Shown here one piece after another: positions 19,442 through 28,132 of a DNA stretch of 64,000 nucleotides. The notes under the pieces are model-generated. The model worked only from the letters and a program-made list of their open reading frames with translations, was not told the DNA's origin and searched no databases. The stretch is from Nitrospira sp. (GTDB taxonomy: Bacteria > Nitrospirota > Nitrospiria > Nitrospirales > Nitrospiraceae). Within the stretch, counting starts at the first letter, position 1. Every line of letters starts with the position of its first letter. Position numbers and translations under genes: made by a program. The stretch is from the NCBI GenBank assembly GCA_965223535.1, contig CBDCWN010000002.1:59721-123720 (forward strand), written 5' to 3'.

Positions 19442-21268
19442 ATGAATAGGCAGGTCTCCTTTTCAATTTGGTATGTGCTGCTCGCCGTCATGGCGGTGGT
19501 GATCGTGCATGACTTCATTCTGGCACTGAACCAGGTCGAAGAGCTTCCGTACAGTGAATTCAAACGGCTGGTTGCGGAGGAGAAGGTCGCTGAGGTTGCG
19601 GTGACCAGCCATATGCTGGTCGGAACATTGAAATCTGAGGGGGACTCAAAAGAACAGAAAGCGTTTCGGACCGTGCGGGTTGAGGATCCGGACCTCGTCC
19701 GTGAACTCAATGAACATGGAGTCACCTTCACCGGCGTCATTGAATCCACGTTCTTGCGCGATCTCCTTTCATGGATCATTCCGGTCGCACTCTTCGTCGG
19801 CATCTGGTTTTTCATCTTTCGGCGATTGGGACAGGCTCAAGGCGGCTTTATGCAGGTCGGCCAGTCGAAGGCCAAAATCTACATGGAGAAGGACGTCAAC
19901 GTCACATTCGCGGATGTCGCCGGAGTGGATGAGGCCAAAGAAGAGCTGCGAGAGGTGATCGAATTCCTCAAGACGCCGGAGAAATTCACCAAGCTCGGCG
20001 GCAAGATCCCGAAAGGGATCTTACTCGTTGGACCACCTGGAACAGGGAAGACACTGCTCGCACGCGCGGTGGCAGGAGAGGCGTCGGTGCCGTTCTTCAG
20101 CATCAGTGGATCGGAATTTGTGGAGATGTTCGTGGGAGTCGGGGCGGCGCGGGTTCGTGACCTCTTCGAACAGGCGAAGGGCAAAGCTCCCTGTATCATT
20201 TTCATCGATGAATTGGATGCGCTTGGGAAAGCCCGGGGTATGGGGCCCATGGCGCATGAGGAACGGGAGCAAACACTCAATCAACTGCTGGTTGAGATGG
20301 ATGGATTCGATCCTCGCGTCGGGGTCATCCTCATGGCCGCGACCAACCGTCCGGAAATTCTTGATCCGGCCTTGCTCCGCGCCGGGCGATTCGATCGTCA
20401 TGTGACCGTGGATCGCCCCGACAAGAAGGGACGTCTGGATGTGCTTCGAGTTCACGCGAAGAAGGTGGCGTTGCGCCCTGACGCAGATCTGGAACAGATC
20501 GCGGCGATGACCCCAGGATTCTCAGGGGCGGACCTAGCCAACGTGATCAACGAATCGGCCCTGCTTGCAGTTCGTCGCGGGAAGGACCAGGTAAGCGTCG
20601 ACGAGTTGCAGGAGGCGGTGGAGCGAGTCATCGCGGGCTTGGAAAAAAAGAATCGCGTCCTGAACAAGATGGAGAAAGAACGGGTGGCCTATCATGAAAC
20701 CGGTCATGCCCTCATCGCCCTGTCCATTCCGGGGACCGACCACGTGCAGAAGATCTCCATTATTCCTCGTGGCGTAGCAGCGCTCGGCTATACGTTGCAG
20801 CTTCCGACGGAAGACCGGTTTCTGATGACGCAATCCGAGTTGGAGAATAAAGTGGCCGTATTACTGGGCGGGCGAATTGCCGAAGAAACCATCTTCGGCG
20901 AGGCCTCCACCGGAGCACAGAACGATCTCGTGAAAGCCACTGATATCGCAAAAAGCATGGTCAAGGCCTACGGGATGAGCGACAAGCTCGGCACCATCAC
21001 CTTAGAGCAAGAGCGACAGCCACAATTTCTCCAGCTTCCTGTCGCTTCCGAAAGAGGGGACTACTCGGAAGAAACTGCTCGTGAGATTGATTGCGAAGTG
21101 CGGCGAATTATCGAGGAGCAGTATGGACGGGTGAGGCGACTACTGGAGGAGAGGAAAGCGGCTCTGCAAAAAGGGGCACAGCTCTTGTTGGAACGGGAGG
21201 TGATTACCGGGGCTGAGCTGAAGGCGATAATGGATGTTAATTTAGTAGAACAATCTGCGCGGAGATAA
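19442..21268 (+). CDS. ftsH: ATP-dependent zinc metalloprotease FtsH
   Basis: Two N-terminal TMs, Walker A GPPGTGKT, Walker [30 protein letters not shown] and HETGH Zn motif. Confidence 0.97.
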   Translation: MNRQVSFSIWYVLLAVMAVVIVHDFILALNQVEELPYSEFKRLVAEEKVAEVAVTSHMLVGTLKSEGDSKEQKAFRTVRVEDPDLVRELNEHGVTFTGVIESTFLRDLLSWIIPVALFVGIWFFIFRRLGQAQGGFMQVGQSKAKIYMEKDVNVTFADVAGVDEAKEELREVIEFLKTPEKFTKLGGKIPKGILLVGPPGTGKTLLARAVAGEASVPFFSISGSEFVEMFVGVGAARVRDLFEQAKGKAPCIIFIDELDALGKARGMGPMAHEEREQTLNQLLVEMDGFDPRVGVILMAATNRPEILDPALLRAGRFDRHVTVDRPDKKGRLDVLRVHAKKVALRPDADLEQIAAMTPGFSGADLANVINESALLAVRRGKDQVSVDELQEAVERVIAGLEKKNRVLNKMEKERVAYHETGHALIALSIPGTDHVQKISIIPRGVAALGYTLQLPTEDRFLMTQSELENKVAVLLGGRIAEETIFGEASTGAQNDLVKATDIAKSMVKAYGMSDKLGTITLEQERQPQFLQLPVASERGDYSEETAREIDCEVRRIIEEQYGRVRRLLEERKAALQKGAQLLLEREVITGAELKAIMDVNLVEQSARR

Positions 21269-21355
21269 CCGAAGGAGGTTCACCGGTATCTTCGCTATCG
21301 TACGCGTGTCAACACTCGCTGATATCATCGACTGAACAGCCGGAACCGAAGGGCT

Positions 21356-22288
21356 ATGGAATACAAAGACTACTACAAGATCCTCGGCGTGGAGCGCACC
21401 GCGACGGCCGATGACATCAAAAAAGCCTACCGCAAGCTGGCGCGCACCTATCATCCGGATGTCAGCAAGGAGGCCGGGGCGGAAGCGCGCTTTAAAGAAA
21501 TCGGTGAGGCCTACGAAGTCCTTCAAGATCCACAGAAGCGAGCGGCCTATGACCAACTCGGGACCCGCTGGCAGGCGGGACAGGACTTTACACCTCCGCC
21601 GGACTGGGGGACAGGTTTCGAGTTCACCCAGGGCAGAGCATCGAGGGAGGCCGCCCCCGACTTCAGCGACTTCTTTTCCAGTCTCTTCGGCAATTTTGCT
21701 CGTCAGGCCGATGCGAGCCGGGCGCGCGGCGAGGACCATCATGCGAAGATCCTCATCCCGCTCGAAGACGCATTTCATGGGGCGACCCGCACCATTACCC
21801 TGCGTGCACCCCAACTGGATGCGCAGGGTCGCGTGGTGCTGCGCGAACACACGCTCAACATACGGATTCCCAAAGGCATTCGTGACGGCCAGCTCATCCG
21901 ACTAGCCGGCCAAGGCACGCCGGGAACAGGTGGGGCGCCCGGAGGTGATCTCTACCTAGAAATTCATTTCGATCCCCATGCGTTGTACCGGGTGGAGGGG
22001 CATGATCTCTCGCTGACCCTGCCACTTGCTCCATGGGAAGCGGCGCTCGGCGCGACGGTCAAAGCGCCGACCCCGACCGGTGTGGTCGAAGTCAAGGTGC
22101 CAGCCGGTTCGCAGAGCGGGCGGAAGCTTCGGCTCAAGGGCCGGGGAATTCCCGGCGAGCCGCCGGGTGATCTCTATCTCGTCCTGGACGTGGTCCTTCC
22201 GAAAGCGGACACCGCGCGGGCCCAGGAGCTTTATCGGACGATGGCGCAGGAACTGTCCTTCAATCCCCGACGGGCTCTTGGCGTGTGA
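21356..22288 (+). CDS. cbpA: Class II J-domain protein CbpA
   Basis: KDYYKILGV...YHPD, DnaJ C-terminal domains, no CxxCxGxG zinc finger. Followed by cbpM. Confidence 0.92.
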   Translation: MEYKDYYKILGVERTATADDIKKAYRKLARTYHPDVSKEAGAEARFKEIGEAYEVLQDPQKRAAYDQLGTRWQAGQDFTPPPDWGTGFEFTQGRASREAAPDFSDFFSSLFGNFARQADASRARGEDHHAKILIPLEDAFHGATRTITLRAPQLDAQGRVVLREHTLNIRIPKGIRDGQLIRLAGQGTPGTGGAPGGDLYLEIHFDPHALYRVEGHDLSLTLPLAPWEAALGATVKAPTPTGVVEVKVPAGSQSGRKLRLKGRGIPGEPPGDLYLVLDVVLPKADTARAQELYRTMAQELSFNPRRALGV

Positions 22289-22300
22289 GGAGGTTCTGTC

Positions 22301-22618
22301 ATGGAGTATGAAATTCTGACAGGGAACATCATCGGCGATGAGGGCGTGCTCACGACGGAGGAGTTGGCGCGAGCCTGCCGGGCCGAGGTGTCATGGATTG
22401 CTGAATTGATCGACGTCGGGATCTTAGCGCAAGAAGGAGAAGACCCGTCACGGTGGCGATTCTGCGCGGGGGACCTCACCTGTGCTCGCCGAGCCGCCCG
22501 CCTGCAACAGGCGTTTGCAGTGAACACGGACGCGCTGGCGGTCATGCTTGATCTGCTGACCGAGATCGAGCGCCTGCGTGATCGTCTGAAGCGGGCGGGA
22601 TTGGATTCGGAGGAGTGA
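22301..22618 (+). CDS. cbpM: Chaperone modulator CbpM (MerR-like fold)
   Basis: LTTEELARACR...WIAELIDVGIL...ARLQQAFAVN...MLDLLTEIERLR, 12 bp after cbpA. Confidence 0.88.
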   Translation: MEYEILTGNIIGDEGVLTTEELARACRAEVSWIAELIDVGILAQEGEDPSRWRFCAGDLTCARRAARLQQAFAVNTDALAVMLDLLTEIERLRDRLKRAGLDSEE

Positions 22619-22622
22619 GCCA

Positions 22623-23046
22623 GTGCGCATCGTCTGTCCCCATTGCCAGAGCGTCAATCGCGTGCCGGGAACCCGCGTGAGCAATGGTTCCAGTGCGCAG
22701 TGCCATAGGCCGCTGTTCATCGGACAGCCGATCGCTCTGACCGTGGCGGATTACGATGTGCACGCGACACGGAACGACATCCCGGGGGTGTGGACTTCTG
22801 GGCGCCGTGGTGTAGGCCCTGCCGGGTGATGGCACCGGCCCTTGCGCAAGCAGCCAAGATTCTTGAGCCAGACGTTCGTCTGGTCAAGGTAAAGACAGAG
22901 AAGGAACAGGCGCTGGGGGTCCGCTTTGGCATTCAGAGTCTCCCGACTATGATCATACTCAGAGGGGGACATGACGTGGCGCGACAATCCGGGCCCTCGG
23001 TACGCAGGACATCGTGCGTTGGGTCCGCACATATACGTATAGGTGA
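22623..23046 (+). pseudogene. trxC: Thioredoxin 2 (Zn-finger TrxC) pseudogene
   Basis: CPHC start and DFWAPWCRPC active site lie in different frames. Frameshifts near 22785 and 22993; second Zn-finger CxxC is damaged. Confidence 0.85.
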
Positions 23047-23297
23047 GTCGAACCGCGCTACGCATGTAGCGATTTTGGCGAGTTATGAGCTCCATTCAAT
23101 GGCGCGTAATGCTACAGCTCCTCCATTCGTTCTGTCGCACGTCTCCTCTCCATAAATTTCATTCTATTCTCTAGCCAGTTGGCACGCACGAATGCTCACA
23201 TGACCTTCGAATAATTCTTTATCCTGTGGACAACTTTCCCAGACTGAACCAGGCACTCGAATTGCTGAGCTAGATGTCTGTCGTAGGAGTGGCCATC

Positions 23298-23407
23298 ATG
23301 TCCCGCTCCTTCTCGACCGGAGACCAGATTCTTAACGCGATTCGGCCCAGACGGGGCTGTGAACTCAACGCTCTGCTGAGAGAATGCTTCGGTTTGACTC
23401 GGAACTA
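23298..23407 (+). pseudogene. Truncated small gene (C-x-L-x6-C-x2-LT-x-N family), cut at the Tn3 element B left IR
   Basis: SD AGGAG then MSRSFSTGDQILNAIRPRRGCELNALLRECFGLTRN, ending at the IR. Same Cys/Leu spacing as the pseudogene at 39407. Confidence 0.5.
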
Positions 23408-26400
23408 CGCCTATTAGCCACATCCACCCGAAAATCCACAATAAGAAACAATAGCGTCTAGCCACAGCTTTTCAAGGTAGGTATCTCTCATATTCCATAG
23501 GCTTCCCCCTCCGCTCTCGATCCCGTTCCGTTCAGGTTGACAAGCCATTACAATGCTCTAGCTTGTGTGTGTTCGCACAGTCGTGTCTTCACGATCAGGA
23601 TGGATGCCGCGTCGTTTCCCTCAGACAACGATCCGACGGAGACCGATGATCAGGAGCGCCTCACGGAGGCCGACCGCCTGCCCGTCGACATTGATCCCGA
23701 GACCCTGCGGAAATATTTCACGCTGACTGAATCGGATTTAGTCCAGGTCCATCAATGCCGTGGCATCCTCAACAAACTCGGGTTCGCCGTGCTGTTGTGC
23801 ACCCTGCGATGGCGTGGGGCCTTCCTGCGCTCGCTGCAGGATCTGCCCCAGGCCGTCCTCGAAACGGTGGCGACCCAGGTGGGCGTGCTGCCGATCCCGT
23901 TGGATGGCTATCCGCAACACGAGAACACGCGCTACGAACACTATGAACGCATCCGTCAGTACTTGCAGTTCGTGCGCTGTGATGCCACGCAACGGGAGCG
24001 CTTGTTCGATCACTTGGTCGCGATGGCCCAAGGCCGTCCTCGCGCCACGGCTCTCCGTCACGTGGCGGAAGACTGGCTCCAACGGGAACGGATCGTGCGA
24101 CCCGGACGAACGACCCTGCGCGATGCCATTACGGCCGCACGGGAAACCGCACTGCAGGGTGTGTATACGGTGCTGTCTGCGGCCCTCACGGAGAAGCACG
24201 CCGCGGAACTGGATGCCTGGTTGGTCAGTGGTGCTCCAGACTTGGATCACACACCTCCTCAGAAGAGCGTCCCGCGATTCCGTTCACGCCTGGAGTGGTT
24301 GAAGACGGTGCCACGCAAAGAATCCCCGAACGCCCTCCTCACTTTACTGGATCGACTGACGGAGCTGTGCGCCTCCCATCTCAGTACCCTGCCGATCCTG
24401 AGCGAGGTCCATCCCGCCACGCGTCGACTCTTAGCCAGCTGGGGCTACCGCTATGATGTGTGGAGTTTGCGCCGGTTCGCTCCCGCCAAACGGCAGGCGA
24501 TCGTCTTGTGTTTTCTGCAGGCGGCTCGTGCTGAAACAACAGATGGCATCATCGAGATGCAAGATAAACTCATTACCGGCGTCCATAATAAGGCGCGCCA
24601 CCGCTATGAGGAGCTGTTACGCGCGTCAGAGGAGGCACGAACACGAGCCGTCGAGGTGCTGGAGGAGCTGGGAAGCCTGGTACTGGATGACACGGTGTCG
24701 GATGAGGTGCTGCGTCAAGCCATCTTCACCAAGATTCCGAGCGACGATCTGAACCGATTAGTGGCGGGCTGTCGTGCGTTACGAAACGACTCTGCGGGAT
24801 CTCCGCTGGAGTTGGTGGCGCAGTGGTATGGGTATACTCGCCAATATTCTCCCGTGCTGCTGGAGCGGACACCGTTTCAGTTCGCCGAGCACTCTCCCCT
24901 CCGTCGAGCGATCACCTATGTGAACCAGCTCAATCGGCATCATGCGCGGAAGCTGGACGCGGATGCGCCCATTGAGTTTCTGCCGCCCCGGTGGGTGAAG
25001 CATGTGGTGCGACGAGATCGCACGGGAGTCGTGACTCTGTCACGACCGCACTATGAACCGGCGCTCCTGACGACGCTCAATGAGCGGCTGAAATCAGGTG
25101 ATGTGACCGTAGCGGGCTCCCGACGATGGACGGATTTTGAGGACTATCTCATTCCACGCCCGGTGTGGGCAGAGCGACGAGGCGCTTACTATGCTGCGCT
25201 TGGATTGCCCCAAGAGGTGGACCGGTACCTCGCACAGCTGAATGAGAACTTGGGTCAAGTCGCCGGGGCCATTGACCGGCGCGTGCCCTACAATCAGGCC
25301 CTACGCATCGATGCGGCGAAACGCCAGTTCCATCTCGCCGCCCTGAAGGGCCTTGAGCGGCCGGATACGGTGAAGCAGGCGAAAGCATTAATCCAATCAC
25401 GGCTGGCACGCATTGATTTGGTGGACCTCTTGATCGAGATGGACCACCAGACCAACATGCTGCATCACTTTCTCCGCCATCCGGATGCCTCCCGGTTATC
25501 CCCGGCGATTCGTCGCCGAAACGTCCTGGCCGCGTTAATCGCGATCGGCTGTAATATGGGTCCACAGCGGATGGCCGTGGCTTCTGGTCTTCACCTTCAC
25601 GACATTAGTTTTGTCGCAGACTGGTACCTCACCGACGAGGCCTTGAAAGCCGCGAGCGTCGATCTTGTCAACTTTGCAACGCGCCAACCGATGAGCCGCG
25701 TCTATGGCCAAGGGAATACCTGCTCTGCTGATGGCATGCGGTTCTATGTGCCAGTCAACATCTTGGCGGCGGACTATAGTCACGTGCTGCAAGGCCGTGG
25801 CGTGACCCTGTTTGCCCATACATCCGACACCGGCCTGCGGCTCCATCAGCAACCGATTCCCTGTCGGCTGCGGGAGGCCGCCTTCAGTCTCGATGGCTTA
25901 CTGGAGCACGATACCGAACTCAATCCCACCGTCTGCTACACCGACACCCATGGCTATACGGAAGTCGTGATGGCGGCAGGGGCCCTGTTGGGGTTTGATC
26001 TGGCTCCACGCATCAAAGACATTAAGGATCAAACACTCTATAAGATGGACCGTCAGCAGTCCTTCCCGAATTTGGATCCCATACTCACCGGCACGATCAA
26101 ACCGCACCTCGTGCGACAGGCGTGGGATGAAACGGTACGCGTGGTCGCCTCCATTCAGGACCGGATTGTGTCGGCCTCGCTCATCCTGCACCGACTGGGT
26201 TCCTATGCACGACAGAATAGCATCCATCAGGCGTTGGCGGAGATCGGCCGGGTTCACAAGACGATCCACATCCTCAAGACCTTGGACGATGAGGAGTACC
26301 GCCGTCGGATGGGGCGGGAACTCAATAAAGGGGAGGCGTCCCATGCGCTCTCCCGGTTTCTCTGTTTTGGGAAGGAAGGTCATCTGCAAGGGCGGGAATT

Positions 26401-26674
26401 TGGCGATCAGCTCCATACCTTCAGTTGCTTATCCGTGCTTCATAATGCGGTGGTGGCATGGAACATCTTGCACATCGGGCGCGTGGTCGACGAACTCCGC
26501 GCTGAAGGGCATGTGCTTGACGAGGCGACGCTCTCGCTCACGACTCCGCTGTTGCACAAGCACGTGAATCCATACGGACGCTACCATTTTGATGTGGATC
26601 GCATGCGCCAAACGCTCGATCCGGTGGCTCCTGAGGCTTAATGTGGTTTTTCGGGTGGATGTGGCTAATAGGCG
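23408..26674 (+). mobile_element. Resolvase-less Tn3-family element B with CGCC-terminated 38-bp IRs (3267 bp)
   Basis: IRL 23408-23445 CGCCTATTAGCCACATCCACCCGAAAATCCACAATAAG and IRR 26637-26674 match at 36/38. Flanks are AACTA and AATTA. Confidence 0.85.
23600..26641 (+). CDS. tnpA: Tn3-family transposase (element B)
   Basis: DDE motifs CSADGMRF, YTDTHGYT and ELNKGE, and C-terminal HVNPYGRYHF. Probable start is the ATG at 23600. Confidence 0.93.
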   Translation: MDAASFPSDNDPTETDDQERLTEADRLPVDIDPETLRKYFTLTESDLVQVHQCRGILNKLGFAVLLCTLRWRGAFLRSLQDLPQAVLETVATQVGVLPIPLDGYPQHENTRYEHYERIRQYLQFVRCDATQRERLFDHLVAMAQGRPRATALRHVAEDWLQRERIVRPGRTTLRDAITAARETALQGVYTVLSAALTEKHAAELDAWLVSGAPDLDHTPPQKSVPRFRSRLEWLKTVPRKESPNALLTLLDRLTELCASHLSTLPILSEVHPATRRLLASWGYRYDVWSLRRFAPAKRQAIVLCFLQAARAETTDGIIEMQDKLITGVHNKARHRYEELLRASEEARTRAVEVLEELGSLVLDDTVSDEVLRQAIFTKIPSDDLNRLVAGCRALRNDSAGSPLELVAQWYGYTRQYSPVLLERTPFQFAEHSPLRRAITYVNQLNRHHARKLDADAPIEFLPPRWVKHVVRRDRTGVVTLSRPHYEPALLTTLNERLKSGDVTVAGSRRWTDFEDYLIPRPVWAERRGAYYAALGLPQEVDRYLAQLNENLGQVAGAIDRRVPYNQALRIDAAKRQFHLAALKGLERPDTVKQAKALIQSRLARIDLVDLLIEMDHQTNMLHHFLRHPDASRLSPAIRRRNVLAALIAIGCNMGPQRMAVASGLHLHDISFVADWYLTDEALKAASVDLVNFATRQPMSRVYGQGNTCSADGMRFYVPVNILAADYSHVLQGRGVTLFAHTSDTGLRLHQQPIPCRLREAAFSLDGLLEHDTELNPTVCYTDTHGYTEVVMAAGALLGFDLAPRIKDIKDQTLYKMDRQQSFPNLDPILTGTIKPHLVRQAWDETVRVVASIQDRIVSASLILHRLGSYARQNSIHQALAEIGRVHKTIHILKTLDDEEYRRRMGRELNKGEASHALSRFLCFGKEGHLQGREFGDQLHTFSCLSVLHNAVVAWNILHIGRVVDELRAEGHVLDEATLSLTTPLLHKHVNPYGRYHFDVDRMRQTLDPVAPEA

Positions 26675-26679
26675 AATTA

Positions 26680-26884
26680 CGCGTGCTCTCGTTGCAACTC
26701 CTCCAGAATTGCCCGATGCTCATCAACACCATTCTTGTGGAGCGCACCGTGGAGCGGCAGAAGCTGTGGCCTCGGCTCAAGGTGAGGATTTCCGTGGTCT
26801 GACGCCACTCTTCTACAATCCATCAATCCCTACGGTACGTTCAGTCTGGATCTGAACCGCCGATCATTTCCGGACGTGGCCTGA
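26680..26884 (+). pseudogene. Frameshifted C-terminal remnant of an element-A-like Tn3 transposase
   Basis: Translates to VLSLQLLQNCPMLINTILVERT...DFRGLTPLFY...INPYGTFSLDL, which parallels the element A TnpA C-terminus. Confidence 0.8.
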
Positions 26885-26984
26885 GCCTGTGGCACCTTAT
26901 CACAGCGTCAGATCCGTTGGGCCTTCTATAGCTAAGCCCACTATTACCGATAGACATGGAGGTCGATTTGAGTGATCATGGGGC

Positions 26985-27311
26985 ATGAGATGCTCAGTCG
27001 ACTTGCGTCAACGGGTGGTGGAGTTTGTGCGGAGTGGAGGCAGCAAGGCCGAAGCGGCTCGGCGGTTCAAGGTCGGTGAGGCCAGCGTGTACCGCTGGCT
27101 CAAGCCTGGCGGCATCGCCTACAAGCGCCCAGGCCCTCGCGGTTCTCGCAAGCTGGATTGGGAGCAATTACGCCGTCATGTGGCGGCGCATCCCGATCGC
27201 ACACAAGCGGAACGGGCGCGGCATTTCCAGGTGTCTCGGCATTGCATCTGGAACGCACTCCACAAACTAGCAGTGACCCATAAAAAAAAGGATGGGCTAC
27301 CAAGAACGTGA
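26985..27311 (+). CDS. IS630 transposase OrfA (HTH)
   Basis: SVDLRQRVV...AEAARRFKVGEASVYRWLK. Ends after an A8G run. Confidence 0.85.
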   Translation: MRCSVDLRQRVVEFVRSGGSKAEAARRFKVGEASVYRWLKPGGIAYKRPGPRGSRKLDWEQLRRHVAAHPDRTQAERARHFQVSRHCIWNALHKLAVTHKKKDGLPRT

Positions 27312-27813
27312 TCCGCAGCAACGGAAACGGTTCCTGCGCCTGCGAGAACGGTTCTTTCGTCGCGGCAAACAGCCCGTCCATATCGATGAATGCGGCTTTG
27401 CCCCTTCGATGGCGCGGCGGTATGGGTACGCGCCGAAGGGCCGACGTGTGGACGGCCTGGCCTCCGGGCATCGCCGGCCACGGACCTCGCTGATTGCGGC
27501 CCGTATGGAAGGGCGACTCGCAGAGCCACTGCTCTTCGAGGGGACGTGCGATACGGTGGGCTTCAACTCCTGGCTGCAGACGCAGCTATGCCCGCGCCTC
27601 AACGCTCAGCACCTCGTCATACTGGACAATGCCGCTTTTCACAAATCGCCAGAGACAGCACAGCTCATCGCAGCCACCGGCGCCACGCTGCTCTTCCTGC
27701 CACCGTACTCCCCTGACTTCAACCCGATTGAGCATGACTTTGCCGCTCTCAAAAAACGTCGCGAATATCGGGACACCGTTTCTCTCGAGGAAATTGTCAA
27801 GGCCTATCACTAA
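27292..27813 (+). CDS. IS630 transposase OrfB (DDE)
   Basis: Motifs HIDECGF, ILDNAAFHK and LPPYSPDFNPIE. Confidence 0.85.
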   Translation: MGYQERDPQQRKRFLRLRERFFRRGKQPVHIDECGFAPSMARRYGYAPKGRRVDGLASGHRRPRTSLIAARMEGRLAEPLLFEGTCDTVGFNSWLQTQLCPRLNAQHLVILDNAAFHKSPETAQLIAATGATLLFLPPYSPDFNPIEHDFAALKKRREYRDTVSLEEIVKAYH

Positions 27814-28132
27814 CTATGGGCTTAGCTATAATTCGGTATCTAACCATGGTCCTGAATGACGAACTGGAAGGAGTCTTTCGTCGCTGGTACCCGTTGCTCT
27901 CGGAAGACAGGCATGCGTGAACTGTTGCCTTCTGCGACAGCGGCAATGTGTTCCCTGTTGCCAATTTCCCCTGTGCATAACTTCTCCATTTCCAAAGCGG
28001 CAGCTTTCTCGGTCAGATCCATCGCCCAGCTGAAGTCTTCCTCAATGGCTCCCTCCTTGCAGGACGTTGGCCACATCAGCAGGACAGCCACCAAACAAGA
28101 ACCCCATTGTCGTCAAGTTGTAAGAGGAGGTC

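Larger units (their letters stand above)
26929..27828 (+). mobile_element. IS630-family insertion sequence (~900 bp)
   Basis: IRs TAGCTAAGCCCA and TGGGCTTAGCTA, flanked by duplicated TA. Two ORFs inside. Confidence 0.9.

Noticed and set aside
23196-23465. 89-aa minus-strand ORF with an apparent signal peptide
   Set aside because: It runs through the element B left IR and antisense to an SD-led truncated gene, so it is a chance ORF.
23403-26679. AACTA/AATTA as a firm target duplication for element B
   Set aside because: One mismatch, and the two flanks belong to different genes, so it may be coincidence from AT-rich target preference.
26904-26916. AGCGTCAGATCCG resembling the Tn3 terminal AGCGTCAGACCCC after the tnpA relic
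   Set aside because: Only 11/13 similarity, with no support in the rest of a 38-bp IR.
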